A stretch of 61,986 nucleotides of DNA, filler included, from Sphacelaria rigidula (Eukaryota): assembly GCA_964200075.2 (NCBI GenBank). It is 4 parts of 4 records of this genome, joined end to end, with 100 filler letters (N's around TTAATTAATTAA, not from the genome) between each part and the next. Parts side by side here need not be neighbours in the genome. Positions count along the whole stretch, not along the records: positions 1 to 15,424 come from CAXNAA020001756.1; positions 15,525 to 30,948 come from CAXNAA020001757.1; 2 more parts are not named here. One strand, given 5' to 3'. This document shows, in pieces, positions 12,491 to 23,878 of the stretch (positions within the stretch are counted from its first letter, which is position 1; the number at the start of each line of letters is the position of its first letter). A program made the position numbers and the translations under genes. Below the pieces are notes generated by a model, which saw nothing but the letters and a program-made list of their open reading frames with translations, made no database searches and had not been told where the DNA came from.

Positions 12491-14376
12491 TGGCTGCTGT
12501 CGTGGGCTGGAGAGGGTGTTGGCGGGCGGTGGGATTTCAAACGCGTGTTCTGATCACACAAGAAGTGGGTTTTCGGTCACTTCTTATGTGATCAGGAAAC
12601 GCTTTTTTTTATAGAGGTTTTTTATACGTGAGAAGTAGCCGACGGGTCACCGTGAGCGTCACGTACACGGTAACATCACGCGTTACACGACACGTTGCAA
12701 CGCCTTAACCCAGGTAAATAAGCCGCGACATGCACATAATTAAACGTTACATTCGAACGTTACACGTGCGAACGTAACGTTATATTAGACGTTGCACGTG
12801 ACATTGAGTCGTTTCATATTACGCTACATGTAACGAAACGTACCTATCTTTTGTTCACGTGATAACCGTAATGCTAAATTTTCATATGAAACGTTAACGT
12901 AACGTTCAAATTTATTCAACGTGACATACGTAACATGACCTGAACGATATATATATTTTACGTGATGAACGTAACGTGAACGTAAACGTGTAACGTGTAG
13001 ACCCTTGATTCGTTCTTCCGTCGACCGGAACAATGATGTAAATCCGGTTATGCACAATCGGATTCGTACTTGACGACAATCCGGCTGGCTAAAAGTTGCA
13101 TATTGTAAAAATTCGTCCCGATCCACAACCCTCAGATCCCGCTACGCTTTGATCCTCCACTAAGCTCCTCTTGTAAAAATGAAATATTTATACTTCTCGA
13201 AGTATAAATTTCATCCCGGTACTCGTCAGTTCTGTAAGATTTGTGAAGACTCTCATATCCTACCGAACACACCAAAACCCTACGAAAAAAATAGCGTCAT
13301 TTTCAGGGCTGTTAACAATCAGCTCTGTTCAGTTCGGTCGAAACTGGCCGCACCAGTTGCCAGTACATCGATTTATTTCCAGTTAGTCGTCCCTCCCGGC
13401 TGGTGGGCGGTGCCGCGCAGGAGCGCCGCCCGAGGCAAAATAAATTATGGTGTTTGACCTATTTTCCCTGCAAAGATCGTAAATAGTTGTTAAAAATGCA
13501 ACCACTCACATTGAGCTGCTAAGAGGCTTATACTGCTCGAAAATGTCTTCGAATGTGGTAAGCGATCCGAAAATCATCATTCTGTAGTATGCAGCAGCAG
13601 AGACTCTCCATGAGGACCTGAAGATAGGAGCAAGTATGCCAAGGCTGGCGGCACCTTGGGACAAGGAGTGCAAATTATCTTCGGGCTCGTTGAATAGAAT
13701 GCTTGTGTATTTTTGATCGCCAGTTACCGTTATTTTTTTCGGATTAGGTACATATCTGTAGTACATCATGTTCAGAACGCTCTTCATGCGATTGGCAAAT
13801 GGGGTTTAACGTTCGACACTTGCACATCAAGCGTCCCACTGTAATTAAGCCACACTTCTCTATTTCTTTTTCTTCATTCGACTGACCAACCGTCGACCGA
13901 ACCGCTGTCGTCGATAGATGAAAACTGCAGAACAACTAGGTTCCTACGAAGTTTGCGGTACCGGTACTGCTGTAGACTGCAATTTTCAATCGTACAGTCT
14001 AGTCATATATAGTATTTGTTGTAAGCTCCCCATAATGTAAGTAACATAAAATACTCAGTAACAACAACTGGTACGGTTGCTTCAATGTAGGAGTCACGTG
14101 CCGATTTGTTCATTCCGCCGCTCGTTCCGCTCGATAAAGCTAAGCTTTTCTCTTTTTGACCATGCCCGTCGCGCGCAACTAATTACAAAATGGACTTGAA
14201 GCGATCTGAGAACATAAATGCCGTGGACGTATCTGATACGGCCTTGTAACGACCAATTCGATTCGACCGCATGTTTTCTAGTCGATTTGGTTTTTGATAA
14301 GACACGGTCTGATTCAAATCCGATGCTACGGTATCGATTTTCCTTTGAGGCCCTCGGCCGAAAAGGATTCTAGTGG

Positions 14377-14852
14377 ACCGAAATTCAAAAAGTGTCCTGT
14401 CGTATCCTATCTTGTCCTATCCTATCCTATCCGTCCGCTCTCACAACGAAGGCCAGAACCACGCATTTGTTTTTCCCGAATGGATTCGAAGCCGCGCTGC
14501 GCGAAAAAGCCATCCCATCGCTCTTCTAACATCAATCGAGACGCCCTCAACAAGTTTCAAATAAAATCGGTGCTCATGGCGTTGTGTTTCGCTTCTGTTT
14601 CTGAGCGATCTCAAGAACAGCCCAACTCGACCCCTTTTGACCAGCGCTGGTCTTGATTCAACTTCTCAGACTTGACTGTCGCAACTTCAAACGAGGCACG
14701 TTTGGAAGTTGGAGGCATCACACGCAGCAACCGGCTCTCCGAATCACCTTAAAGCCCCTCAAGAAGGTTCAGCTTCATTTCTGCTTTTTTCTTTGTCTTC
14801 GCTTGTGCATGTCGACGCCGTCCGTAGCTGAGATGGGAGGGGGTGTTAAAGT
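14377..14852 (+). repeat. dispersed repeat, copy 2 (diverged direct repeat of 9254-9725)
   Basis: Same ordered shared blocks as copy 1; weak similarity continues about 100 bp further. Confidence 0.85.
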
Positions 14853-15089
14853 ACGTGATCTGATTGATTCGAACTACTCCCCGTGTGTCGACTGTCGACA
14901 AACGGTGAACGTACGGGAGCTTCTGGTCGCAACGTCCGCGGGCGGTGGAGACGTATCTCGGCTTCCACGGAGACAAATGGAGACTGTACAGGTGCGACCT
15001 TGTACTGCTGAACTGTCTGTGCTTGCAGAGCTGCGCTTCGCACGAGGTTTGACAAGCGGATAAGAAGTGTTGACGCCGTATCCTGGTGC

Positions 15090-15415
15090 GCCTTTATTTT
15101 TTATCGCGAGAGGGTTCAGCAGTCCCTCTTCCTCGTCGACCGCAGAGTCGAATTTTGTGTACACACGACATAGTCGCTCTCCACTGTAGTATGGACTTGT
15201 ATCTCCTCGAGAAAAGAGGCGTCCCTATATCCCCTCTCACCACGCCAAAACATTCATATGAGGGCGCATCAGCCGGAGTCACACAAGTGGAAGGTTAGCA
15301 CAGGAGTTTTTCTTTTTTTGCTTGTTTTTAGTACTCCACCTTCCTTCTGCGGCGCTTGCCTTTATTTTTTATCGCGAGAGGGGTTCAGCAGTCCCTTTCC
15401 CTCGTCGACCGTGCA
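15090..15415 (+). repeat. two copies of a ~55-bp interspersed repeat core
   Basis: cctttattttttatcgcgagag(g)gttcagcagtccct..cctcgtcgacc occurs at ~15091 and ~15359; the second copy runs into the contig end. Confidence 0.8.
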
Positions 15416-15424
15416 GGCTGGGCC

Positions 15425-15524
15425 NNNNNNNNNNNNNNNNNNNNNNNNNNNNNNNNNNNNNNNNNNNNTTAATTAATTAANNNNNNNNNNNNNNNNNNNN
15501 NNNNNNNNNNNNNNNNNNNNNNNN
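15425..15524. other. artificial contig spacer N44-TTAATTAATTAA-N44
   Basis: Exactly 100 bp; the 12-mer places stop codons in all six frames. Confidence 0.98.
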
Positions 15525-17783
15525 ATGACTATGGCAAGCATGATCATGAGTACACTCCCCCCCCGCAATGTGCGTGTCACCCGTTGTCAACATTTGACGA
15601 AAAGACCGTAGCCGTATCGTCGGAACTCTCCTCGCTGTCGGTAGTCGAAAATATCGGAGCTGTTGGTGCTCCAAGCGGTATGTCTTGATCCGTCGTCATC
15701 TCCCTGCGCCTTTTTGTTTGTTGGGGGAACGCCGTAGACATCACGCCCCCCCCCCCAAAAAAAAAAAAAAAAAAAAAGGGGGGCCAGGAGAGGGGCCCAG
15801 GGGGGGGGGTCGGGGGGGGGGGGNNNNNNNNNNGACCTTTTTTATTATGGAGGAAAAAACAAGAAAAACAACCCCCCCCCCACAAAAAAAAAAAAAAAAA
15901 AAAAAAGGGGCGCATGGAGACGACCACGGTTGAGTTTATACCGCTCGGAGGACCAACAGCTCCGATGTTTTCGACAAATGACAACGAGGAGGAGGAGATT
16001 ACGGCATCCTACGAAAATGATGGGTTTCGGTGTTTGGAGGTGGGTGTCGAGGCGGCGGTTAGTTACGTGACTCATGAGACCAGAGGCGGGGGCACCGCGA
16101 AATAAAAGATGAGCCCAAGAGAACAGCAACTCGGCTGGAAAAGCAACATGTTTTCCCACAAGCGAAAAAGAAGACCAGACGGGCACAACAACATAAAAAA
16201 GAGAGATACATGAGACACGCAACACACACACACACACACACAAAACAATAGCCATCGCACGAGGCCATCTCTGTTCGGGGATTGGATTGTCGTATCTTGT
16301 TCTCTGTGTTTCTCTCTGCTCCGGGACATGCGATACAGCGTTTCGCTACAGAACAGAGAATACCACCACAACGTGTCTTGGGTATCATGCATCGCCTCAC
16401 CGAGGGAAGTCCAGCCCATTTCCTCGATTTGCTAAGCCCTGTGGTGACGAGAATGACCTCGGGATGATTATAAACCTAAAACTGTCATATTTAAATGTTG
16501 CTTGCTGCGATATTCATAACAGTGACCATAGCCTTCGCATTACAGTATCTTCAGTTCAACGAAATCCCTTGTCTTTGGGCCACAAACGTTTTCAAATGTT
16601 TCGAATGTGAAATATCCAACCAGAATACAGACAGTCCCCCACACCAGACGGCCTGCGGATAATTGGTCATGTTGTTTCCATTATACTGGTAAAATACACG
16701 AGTTGACAAAGCAACCGGATGTACATCACTCAGGATATTCAGCAATAGGACAAAGGAATCACACCCCGTCACACAACCTCATACATTCATATTTTCTTTT
16801 CCTCTTCTTCGAGCCCCTTCCCGCAGTCCCCAGCCAACTACTGCTGCTGCTGCTGCTGCTGTTGCAGTGACGACGAATTGGAATTCGTGGAGAACTGTTG
16901 CCCATGGCCCTCTTTCCTAGCCTTCTCGCTTCTCTGTTCGGGGTGTTTTACCGTGATGCCGATTTTTCTCCTCATCGCTCCCTGAAACTTCTTGTCAGAT
17001 CACAGTCTCCCAGGGGGGTGACGGCCGTTTCGGCTGACCCGACCGCTTTGGTGTAAATCACGAAACCCCTCCCCTTACAAACAACAATCCGTTCCTAATC
17101 CCACGAACACGTTGTTCATCGATGTCAATCAAATGTAAACATGAAGCGCGGCAGCTCTGGGGCGAAATTCTACAAATCACGGCAGGAGAGTGCATCTTCA
17201 TATTTCGATGCTTCTTGTGGAGGTTCTCACCGCCCACCTTCAGAAACAAACCCATCCACCATACAAGAAATTATCCTGAGAAGTAAAGATGAACACTGAA
17301 ACGACTTTTGTCTCAAGAACAGTTATGGGCGCGCCTGACCCCCCAAAATGAGCCAAAAAAGTGTCACTGACCACAAGCACGAACAGACCGACTGTTGCGG
17401 CTTATCCTGCCTTTTGGGGCAAAATGCGCATTACGTCATCGGAAGAGAATGGCATATATCCAAAATCCACATCGAGAAGATGCAGAATGCATTCTGAACC
17501 CTGAACCCCAACTTCGCGGTACGTGGCATCACAACGTACCCAAACTGCCGACGAAAAAACGACGCGGTGGCATGGCGTTCACAGAAATCAAACGGAAAGT
17601 ATGGTTGGAACAAAAACGACTGGGCCATGAAAACAAAGCCGACTGCGAGGGTGGTGCATTTGGATCATTCATTTTGTTTGCAAGATAAATTGATGCCTAT
17701 TCGGCAGATCACCTGCTTTCGCCGTCCGAGGGTCAGCCCCGTGTTGCGTTGTAGCCGACGTGTCTGCTTGCGAGCACTCGCAG

Positions 17784-19918
17784 ATACGCACGTATAACGC
17801 GAAATACTACACACGAGTGTTGGCGAATCATTCGTCGGGCGAAGCCGCTAACATTGCGCAGTCGCTTCCAAGGAGTCCGCAAAACCAGGACGGTGCACCG
17901 GCAGGAGACGCAGGGGCACGTCCCCGAGACCCGGACGAACCCGAAGATTCCCATCTATCTGTAATACGGGTGGGTTGTTTCTTGCACATACTGCATGTCT
18001 CCATCACGGACGGTTCAGACAGCCATTTGTTCATGGGGCCGCGCGGTAAGAGATCCTGGCATGGGTGGAATCGCCAGCATCTTTTCGCCTTGTTGGGGCA
18101 AGCTTGGTACGTGACGAGCAAAGACGGTTCGATCGGGTGGGCAAAGGTACAAGAGGCTAATGCGCGATAACCGTGGAGTCATGTGGAAGAAGAAGTTTAT
18201 CCGGCCCATGGAGACGCGTTGGATGGTCGGTCTCGAAGCCTGCGTCCTTCTCGACCAACGTTGGGATGATCTCCTCTGGCTTTTTCGGGATTGGGGAGGG
18301 CCTAAGCTCTTGAAACCTGTATTCGTGTCGGATTTTCACAAGGGAACTGCCATGCTGACCAATCCCCGGATGCGTCTGCACGCCAAGTTCGCCCGAGAGT
18401 TGCTGGAAAATGTATAGGAGTGGGCGTACAACTGGCTGCGTGGAAAAGGCGGCTACTTAATGAAGGATGGAGACAACCCCGCTGAACGCCTCCCGCCTGG
18501 GTTGCGCTTCGCAGAGGTTGCTGATTTTTCTCTCGATTTTGAGCGGAGGCGAGAGGAGCTGCGCCAGCATCCGGATAAATATTTCCCTGATTCGCTGGAC
18601 TTCGCGCGGACCCACTTAAGAACGGCAGAGGTGAATATTCGTGTCACGGCTTTCAAACGGTAGTTCGTTTGTGTATCAGTGCTCCCTCATGGTGCCAGAT
18701 GTCGCGTGGTGCCGGCCGTTTGAATCTGTATCGCATTCTCGCTTCTAAGTAATATCTGTACTTTCGACGGTTGAACTTTCGATTTACTCTTTCATGCAGT
18801 ATGGTTGTAAAAACCAATGCAGATCCGTCATGGTTTGTGTCACGAATAGTTGATCGCACTATCACCGCTCTCGATGTCTTTCGCAGATAGAAACCTTCAT
18901 GGAAAATTTCGAGATGGAGGGAGGCTTCTTCACGGAGTTGGACGAGAAATGGGACAAGTGGGGTGACCGCAATCAGCATTTACCACTAAGCATGGCTCGG
19001 GTTGGGTGTAGTTCATACTACTACAGGGAATGGGTAGGGGCAGATACAGCTTTTGAGGCAGCTGTCGGACAGGAATTCACGCGGGCTTTAGTGGCGATGT
19101 TCTTGCCAGAGGATAACGTCGGCGATCCCCGTACTGACCTTGAGGTTACGTTTCGTGACACCCTTCGAGATGACCTGTGTAATGCGGACACACAATAAGC
19201 TAAAGATAGGCTGACGATGGGATTCTATTCACTTCTCCACAATGACCCCGATTTTCGTCAGCGAGCGAAAGATTACGCTGAGTCCGCCTTTGCAGTGGCG
19301 GACGTTTGTCGCGAAACGGTCGACGATGACGAGGATAACCCCTCATCGGGGGAATCCAGTTTTCCGCAGATTTGGTCTTTTCCGTTGGTGTATGAGTGGG
19401 CTTGCGAGCTTATATATATCGTGCCCGTCCAACAGCAGTTGGTGGAGAGCCTGTTCTCGCTCTACGACACGCACACACGCAATCACGATTCCAGAGAACT
19501 TGATATCGTGCGCACGGGGCAGTTTCGCTGTGCAGAGTCCAGGTTTATCATGACATCGTCTGCGGATAGTGGTGACATAAGTAAGGCTGCCAAGAGGTCA
19601 ATTGCCCGAGCTCGGGAATCACGACATAGTTCAATCGCCCCTCTCCCTTTCCAAAACAAGTTATGTAAGGTTGGGCACGATCTTGGCCGGTATTTGATCG
19701 GAATAAACGCCGAGCAGTCTAGTGAGTGGCAGATACGTGGATTGGATGATGAATCTTCGCCAGATGGGTTTGAGTACGAATCCCCAGACAAAAGTCGTAG
19801 CGAGAGGAGTTCCTCTGAATGTTCGTCGGAAGGGTCGGATGACGAATCTTCAGGCGATAGCGATAGCCGAACAGATTCCTCAGAGGGTAGTGAGTCAGAT
19901 TCCTCAGACGAGACATGA
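17784..19918 (+). pseudogene. C-terminal part of a hAT-like DDE transposase (CxxH, TRW, insertion domain, catalytic E / hAT C-terminal motif, acidic tail)
   Basis: VIRVGCFLHILHVSI (CxxH at 17976-17987), FIRPMETRWMVGLEA (18211-18222), FPLVYEWACELIYIVPVQQQLVESLFS (E at 19445). Phase-0 GT-AG intron 18631-18886. Lesions: frameshift near 18155 and in-frame stops at 18415 and 19196. The 5' boundary is a putative cag acceptor at 17783. Confidence 0.8.
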
Positions 19919-21861
19919 TCCCAAAGCGACGTCGACGGATGAGGTCCCAAGGCGTGATTGTTTCGTCTAGGGTTATCACGATACAATCGTTTGTGTTGAT
20001 GATGTTTGAAGACGTGCATATTTTTGCGGATGAAATGGCCTGGCATTGTGAACATGCATTTGTTCTTCCGTGATAATGACATTTCACATAATGGTGGTAC
20101 TTGATCGGACTCTGAAAATGTTTGTGCTCCGGCCGGAAATGGAAACGAACCGTCTTCACACACGCAACTGACCAATGCCGGGTACACTACACGCGTGCCT
20201 CAGGAGGGGTAGAGCGACTAATAGTCATAGAAGGCGCCCCGGTGGCATGTGGCTTCAGGAAAAGTGGGCTGACCACTGAATCATGATTTTGGGCCATATC
20301 AGTGACATGCCAGGCTGCAGCCTTGTCCTGCGTACGAACCCCAACTCTCGCGCATTTCTACATCTCGCGTAGAAGCGTTTTTTTTTAATGTCATGGACGT
20401 TACTGAAGTAAATATTCGAAATTGTTGATGACGGAGTCATGTACCTTCTCAGACGGTATGCTGCACGGTGGTGGTACGGTATTACAGACATAGATACAAC
20501 GTCTAAGAAATAACCGCCCTATGCCTGGCACTGGTGGGTGATGTACACACGTAAGTGGTGCTGGCGTGGCATGTGGAATGAGCCATGATGGGCGGATCAC
20601 ATGTTTGAGTGTTTCATGCACGCAGCTTTGTGTGCTTCCTGCCCGCGTTTCGCGAACAATGCATAGGGTGGACTTGGCGCATATTTTGTTTTCGCCCGTA
20701 CACGAGTTTTGATGCCACGAGCGTTGTAGAAGCTGACGTTTGGAATGTTGTGTGAGAGTGAACACGCACACATAAACCTGTCTTCCGGGAGATCAGTTGC
20801 CCAAGACAGGTACCCTGCATGAAAAGTAACCACGCGGCGCACGCCTTGAGTACAACGGTATGTTGTGCTTGATTAAAACATTAATGAAATCTACCCCCGA
20901 GACGATGGATAGGAGTGCCGCCGCGGTGGGCGCCGTGTGGCAGATGCTTCATACTGCGCACACAACAGAAGGATGTTTGATCGGGCTTGATGCGCAACAG
21001 TTCATCACCCATGAGCATTTTTTGCATGATGGTTACGCAATAACAAGACTGAACTCTTCGGCCACAAGCCTCGGCCACCCGCTGAATCGGCATCAACTCA
21101 ATTTGAAAAAAGATTGTGTGATCGACATGGACTTACCACTTCGCGGTGTAACGGTCCAGACAATCTCAAATTAAGACAGGAACCAATGCCCCGCCCCGCC
21201 CATGACCATCATTACTACACGAAGGTACACACAAAATGTGCACACCGTCCGCCAGCTACTTTGGCCGCCACAAAAGCGCTATGAAACTACGGTCTTCAGC
21301 ATATGCTCTCGAGACAACACATATGATAAGCTTTACACGCCGCGCTATCCGTTCTCGCGTCAGCTGTGAGTGCTTTCTCGCAGTTGATGAAAAGCAGCTG
21401 ATGAAAATAAATGAACCGCAAATGTCACAAATGAATCGCACATGCCAACCAGTAACATCAACGCCGGGGGCATTTCATGTGTCATCCACGCAGTACAAAA
21501 ATGCAGGACGTACTCAAAATCGAAGAGAAAGACATGAGTTTCGCATACCACCGTTTTGTCTCCCGGTGTAGTAATCATCTCTCCGAATCAGCCGCAATTC
21601 GGTCGTGCGCACCGCCTGCCAGCGAGCACCAAACTCACATACCATACGACTATGGTAAGATTCGATACACGGCACACACATATCACTCGAGACAAACCAT
21701 AGCACCGTTACAAGCCGCGCTGCTGCTACTGATGTCCGCAGCATTGGTTCCTACCCACAATACCGATAGAAAAAAAAACACCGCAACAGATGCAAATCTC
21801 AATACATCACAAAATATCGGCCACGCAAGTATGGCAGCGTGCTGCTTCCTGCGCGTCCTCT

Positions 21862-23878
21862 TCACCCACCACGTCTACGGCCGCGGCCGCGACCGCCGCC
21901 ACTCCCACAACCCCATCCTCGCCCCCGGCCCCCTGCCCCGCCACCCCCCCGTCCAATACCCTCGTCTGCCGCCCGCCCATCTCCTCCACGCTTGCGTTCC
22001 AGTACAGCCACACAGCCCCCCTCTTCAGCCGAGACGGAAGCAGTGTTGTCAGAGAGGATATACCTCACCCGATGGGGTCGGTATTTGAGGACGTCGACTA
22101 TCGTTTCGTGGTAAATTTGCGCTTGACTGTTCGCCGTCTTGTCCTCCATCGTGGCGATCCACAGGAGCCCCCACCAAGGCCTCCTCGCTTCGGCGTTCCA
22201 AAAACAAACAAACCGGGGGAACGTTTCGTCGCCTTTGTGAGTGGACTCGTCCCCGGCCACGAGCAGATACGGAGCCTCCTGGATGGCTTTCATCAGCGCT
22301 TCCGAATCCAAAGTCGAAATGCCGATGGCGAGAATTTTCACGGTCCTTCTGTGAAACTTGCAGCACACCTGATGAGCGGCAAGATCCAAACCAGTTGCAG
22401 TTTCTATGGTGCTCCGTACTAGCTTGCCCACGGATGTGAGAGATACACCATGCTGAACAAAAGTCTGGCACAGGCGTGCCGCACGTATCCCGTACGCACG
22501 TCTCTTGCTCTTCCCGGGTTTGATATAGGGCCGCAGATAGTCATTGATCCTCTGCGCGAGCATAGAATCGACGGCGCCGCTGTCTGGGTCGTGAGATGAG
22601 GACGTCGTCGACTTCGTTTGGCTCTTCTCCAGCTACCGAATTTTCCCCTTCAGCTCTTTCATCTTTGATTTCCGACTCGAGCTTTGGCTTCGCAACGAAT
22701 GAACGGGTCGACAACAGAAGAGGGAATTTCTGCTTGATTGTAATGTCGATTGAGACTTGCAGTGATTCACATACATTTGTTGTTGATAGCATTCATTGTT
22801 GAATGAAAGTACACTCTCTAACAAAACCCAAATACATCCGTCGTATTTATTGTTTTGGCACGGGGTGGGCTGAAAACGAGCAGCTCTAATTTTCAAGGTG
22901 CAATACGAGTGCGACGCGATGCTGTTGCGGGCGCCGTGCGTCCAGAGAAAACCGGGCGACAGGCAAGCTGCCAAGAGACTGCTGGAAATGTTATTTTTCG
23001 TTTTTTTCTGCTGGCGGAACTACACGTCAAAGACGGAGGCACAGCCAACTCCTCCCCTCCCCACCCTTGCCCTGTAAAATGAACATCATACACCACGCAG
23101 CAAGCCAGTCCTGCGACTTACCTTTCTCAGGACACTCTTCGCAAGCGTCTTTCGACCCTCCTCATTCTCGAACGTGGGGCGCATCTTTGCCAGAAGCTCG
23201 ATCTCCCCCTCCCTTTCATAAATGTAGGTCTGGTCGAGGTTAAGTTGACACCGTAACGGCAGCGCTTCCTTCTTCAGCCGCTGCGCATCGTCCTCCTCTT
23301 CTTCGCCGAGACACAGACCAAACTCACGCTCCAACTTGGCTTTCTGTTTCTCGAGCTGGTCGTGCCGGGTGCGGAGTTCGGCCAACTGCTTTTTCATCAC
23401 CTCAACCCGCGTCTCCTCCGATCGCATCATCTTGTCTTGTTCCTTCACCCGCTCCTCCACCGCTTCCCTCCGTTCTTCCTCCGCAAACAAATCCTCTTCC
23501 GTGCGCTGCCGACGCCGCTGCTCTGCCTCTACAGCTTGTTCAAGCTGTGTTACGCGCGGAACAGCTGCATCGAGGTGTGTTTCGGCTGCTTCAACTACTT
23601 TCGTTTGGGCGGCACATTTTTGTTCCGCAGCATCGCGAGCTGCCGCAAGGTCACGGCCGCGCCCTCGTTCAGTGGCAAGTGCAGTTTTCGCATACTCTAG
23701 GCTTCGCTTCGCGGCATCAAGGTCGCGGCGATTCTTACTTGCTTCCATTCGACTGCTGAGTGACCCCTCTGTGAGTGTGCGGCCTTTGCGTTCAGCATAC
23801 CGGTCGCTTTAATTTCTTCCACGCTTTCCGTCTCGCGAGCTTGCTGCGTGTCATATATTTCTCCTTCCGTTTGCCCAT
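21862..23878 (-). pseudogene. N-terminal part of a hAT-like DDE transposase (basic N-terminus, coiled coil, catalytic D1 and D2, RGG-rich tail)
   Basis: Probable ATG at 23878 (MGKRKEKYMTRSKLARRKAWKK); coiled-coil ORF 23748-23122; donor AAG|gtaagt at 23121; probable mutated acceptor before 22756. Then APYLLVAGDESTHKG (D1 at 22249-22251), MEDKTANSQAQ and YILSDNTASVSAEEGGCVAVLERK (D2 at 22048-22050). Frameshifts near 23810 and 22570. Confidence 0.8.

Larger units (their letters stand above)
10759..13007. mobile_element. non-autonomous TIR DNA transposon (hAT-like CAGGG terminus) with ACGT-rich subterminal repeats
   Basis: Left end CAGGGGTCTACACGTTACAC (10759-10778) matches the reverse complement of the right end, CAAGGGTCTACACGTTACAC (12988-13007), at 19/20. 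About 350 bp of dense CGTTAC/GTAACG/CACGT motifs lie inside each end. No transposase ORF. Confidence 0.8.

Noticed and set aside
15746-15915. Poly-K/poly-G/poly-F ORFs around a 10-N gap
   Set aside because: Runs of homopolymers flanking Ns are typical of low-quality read tails.
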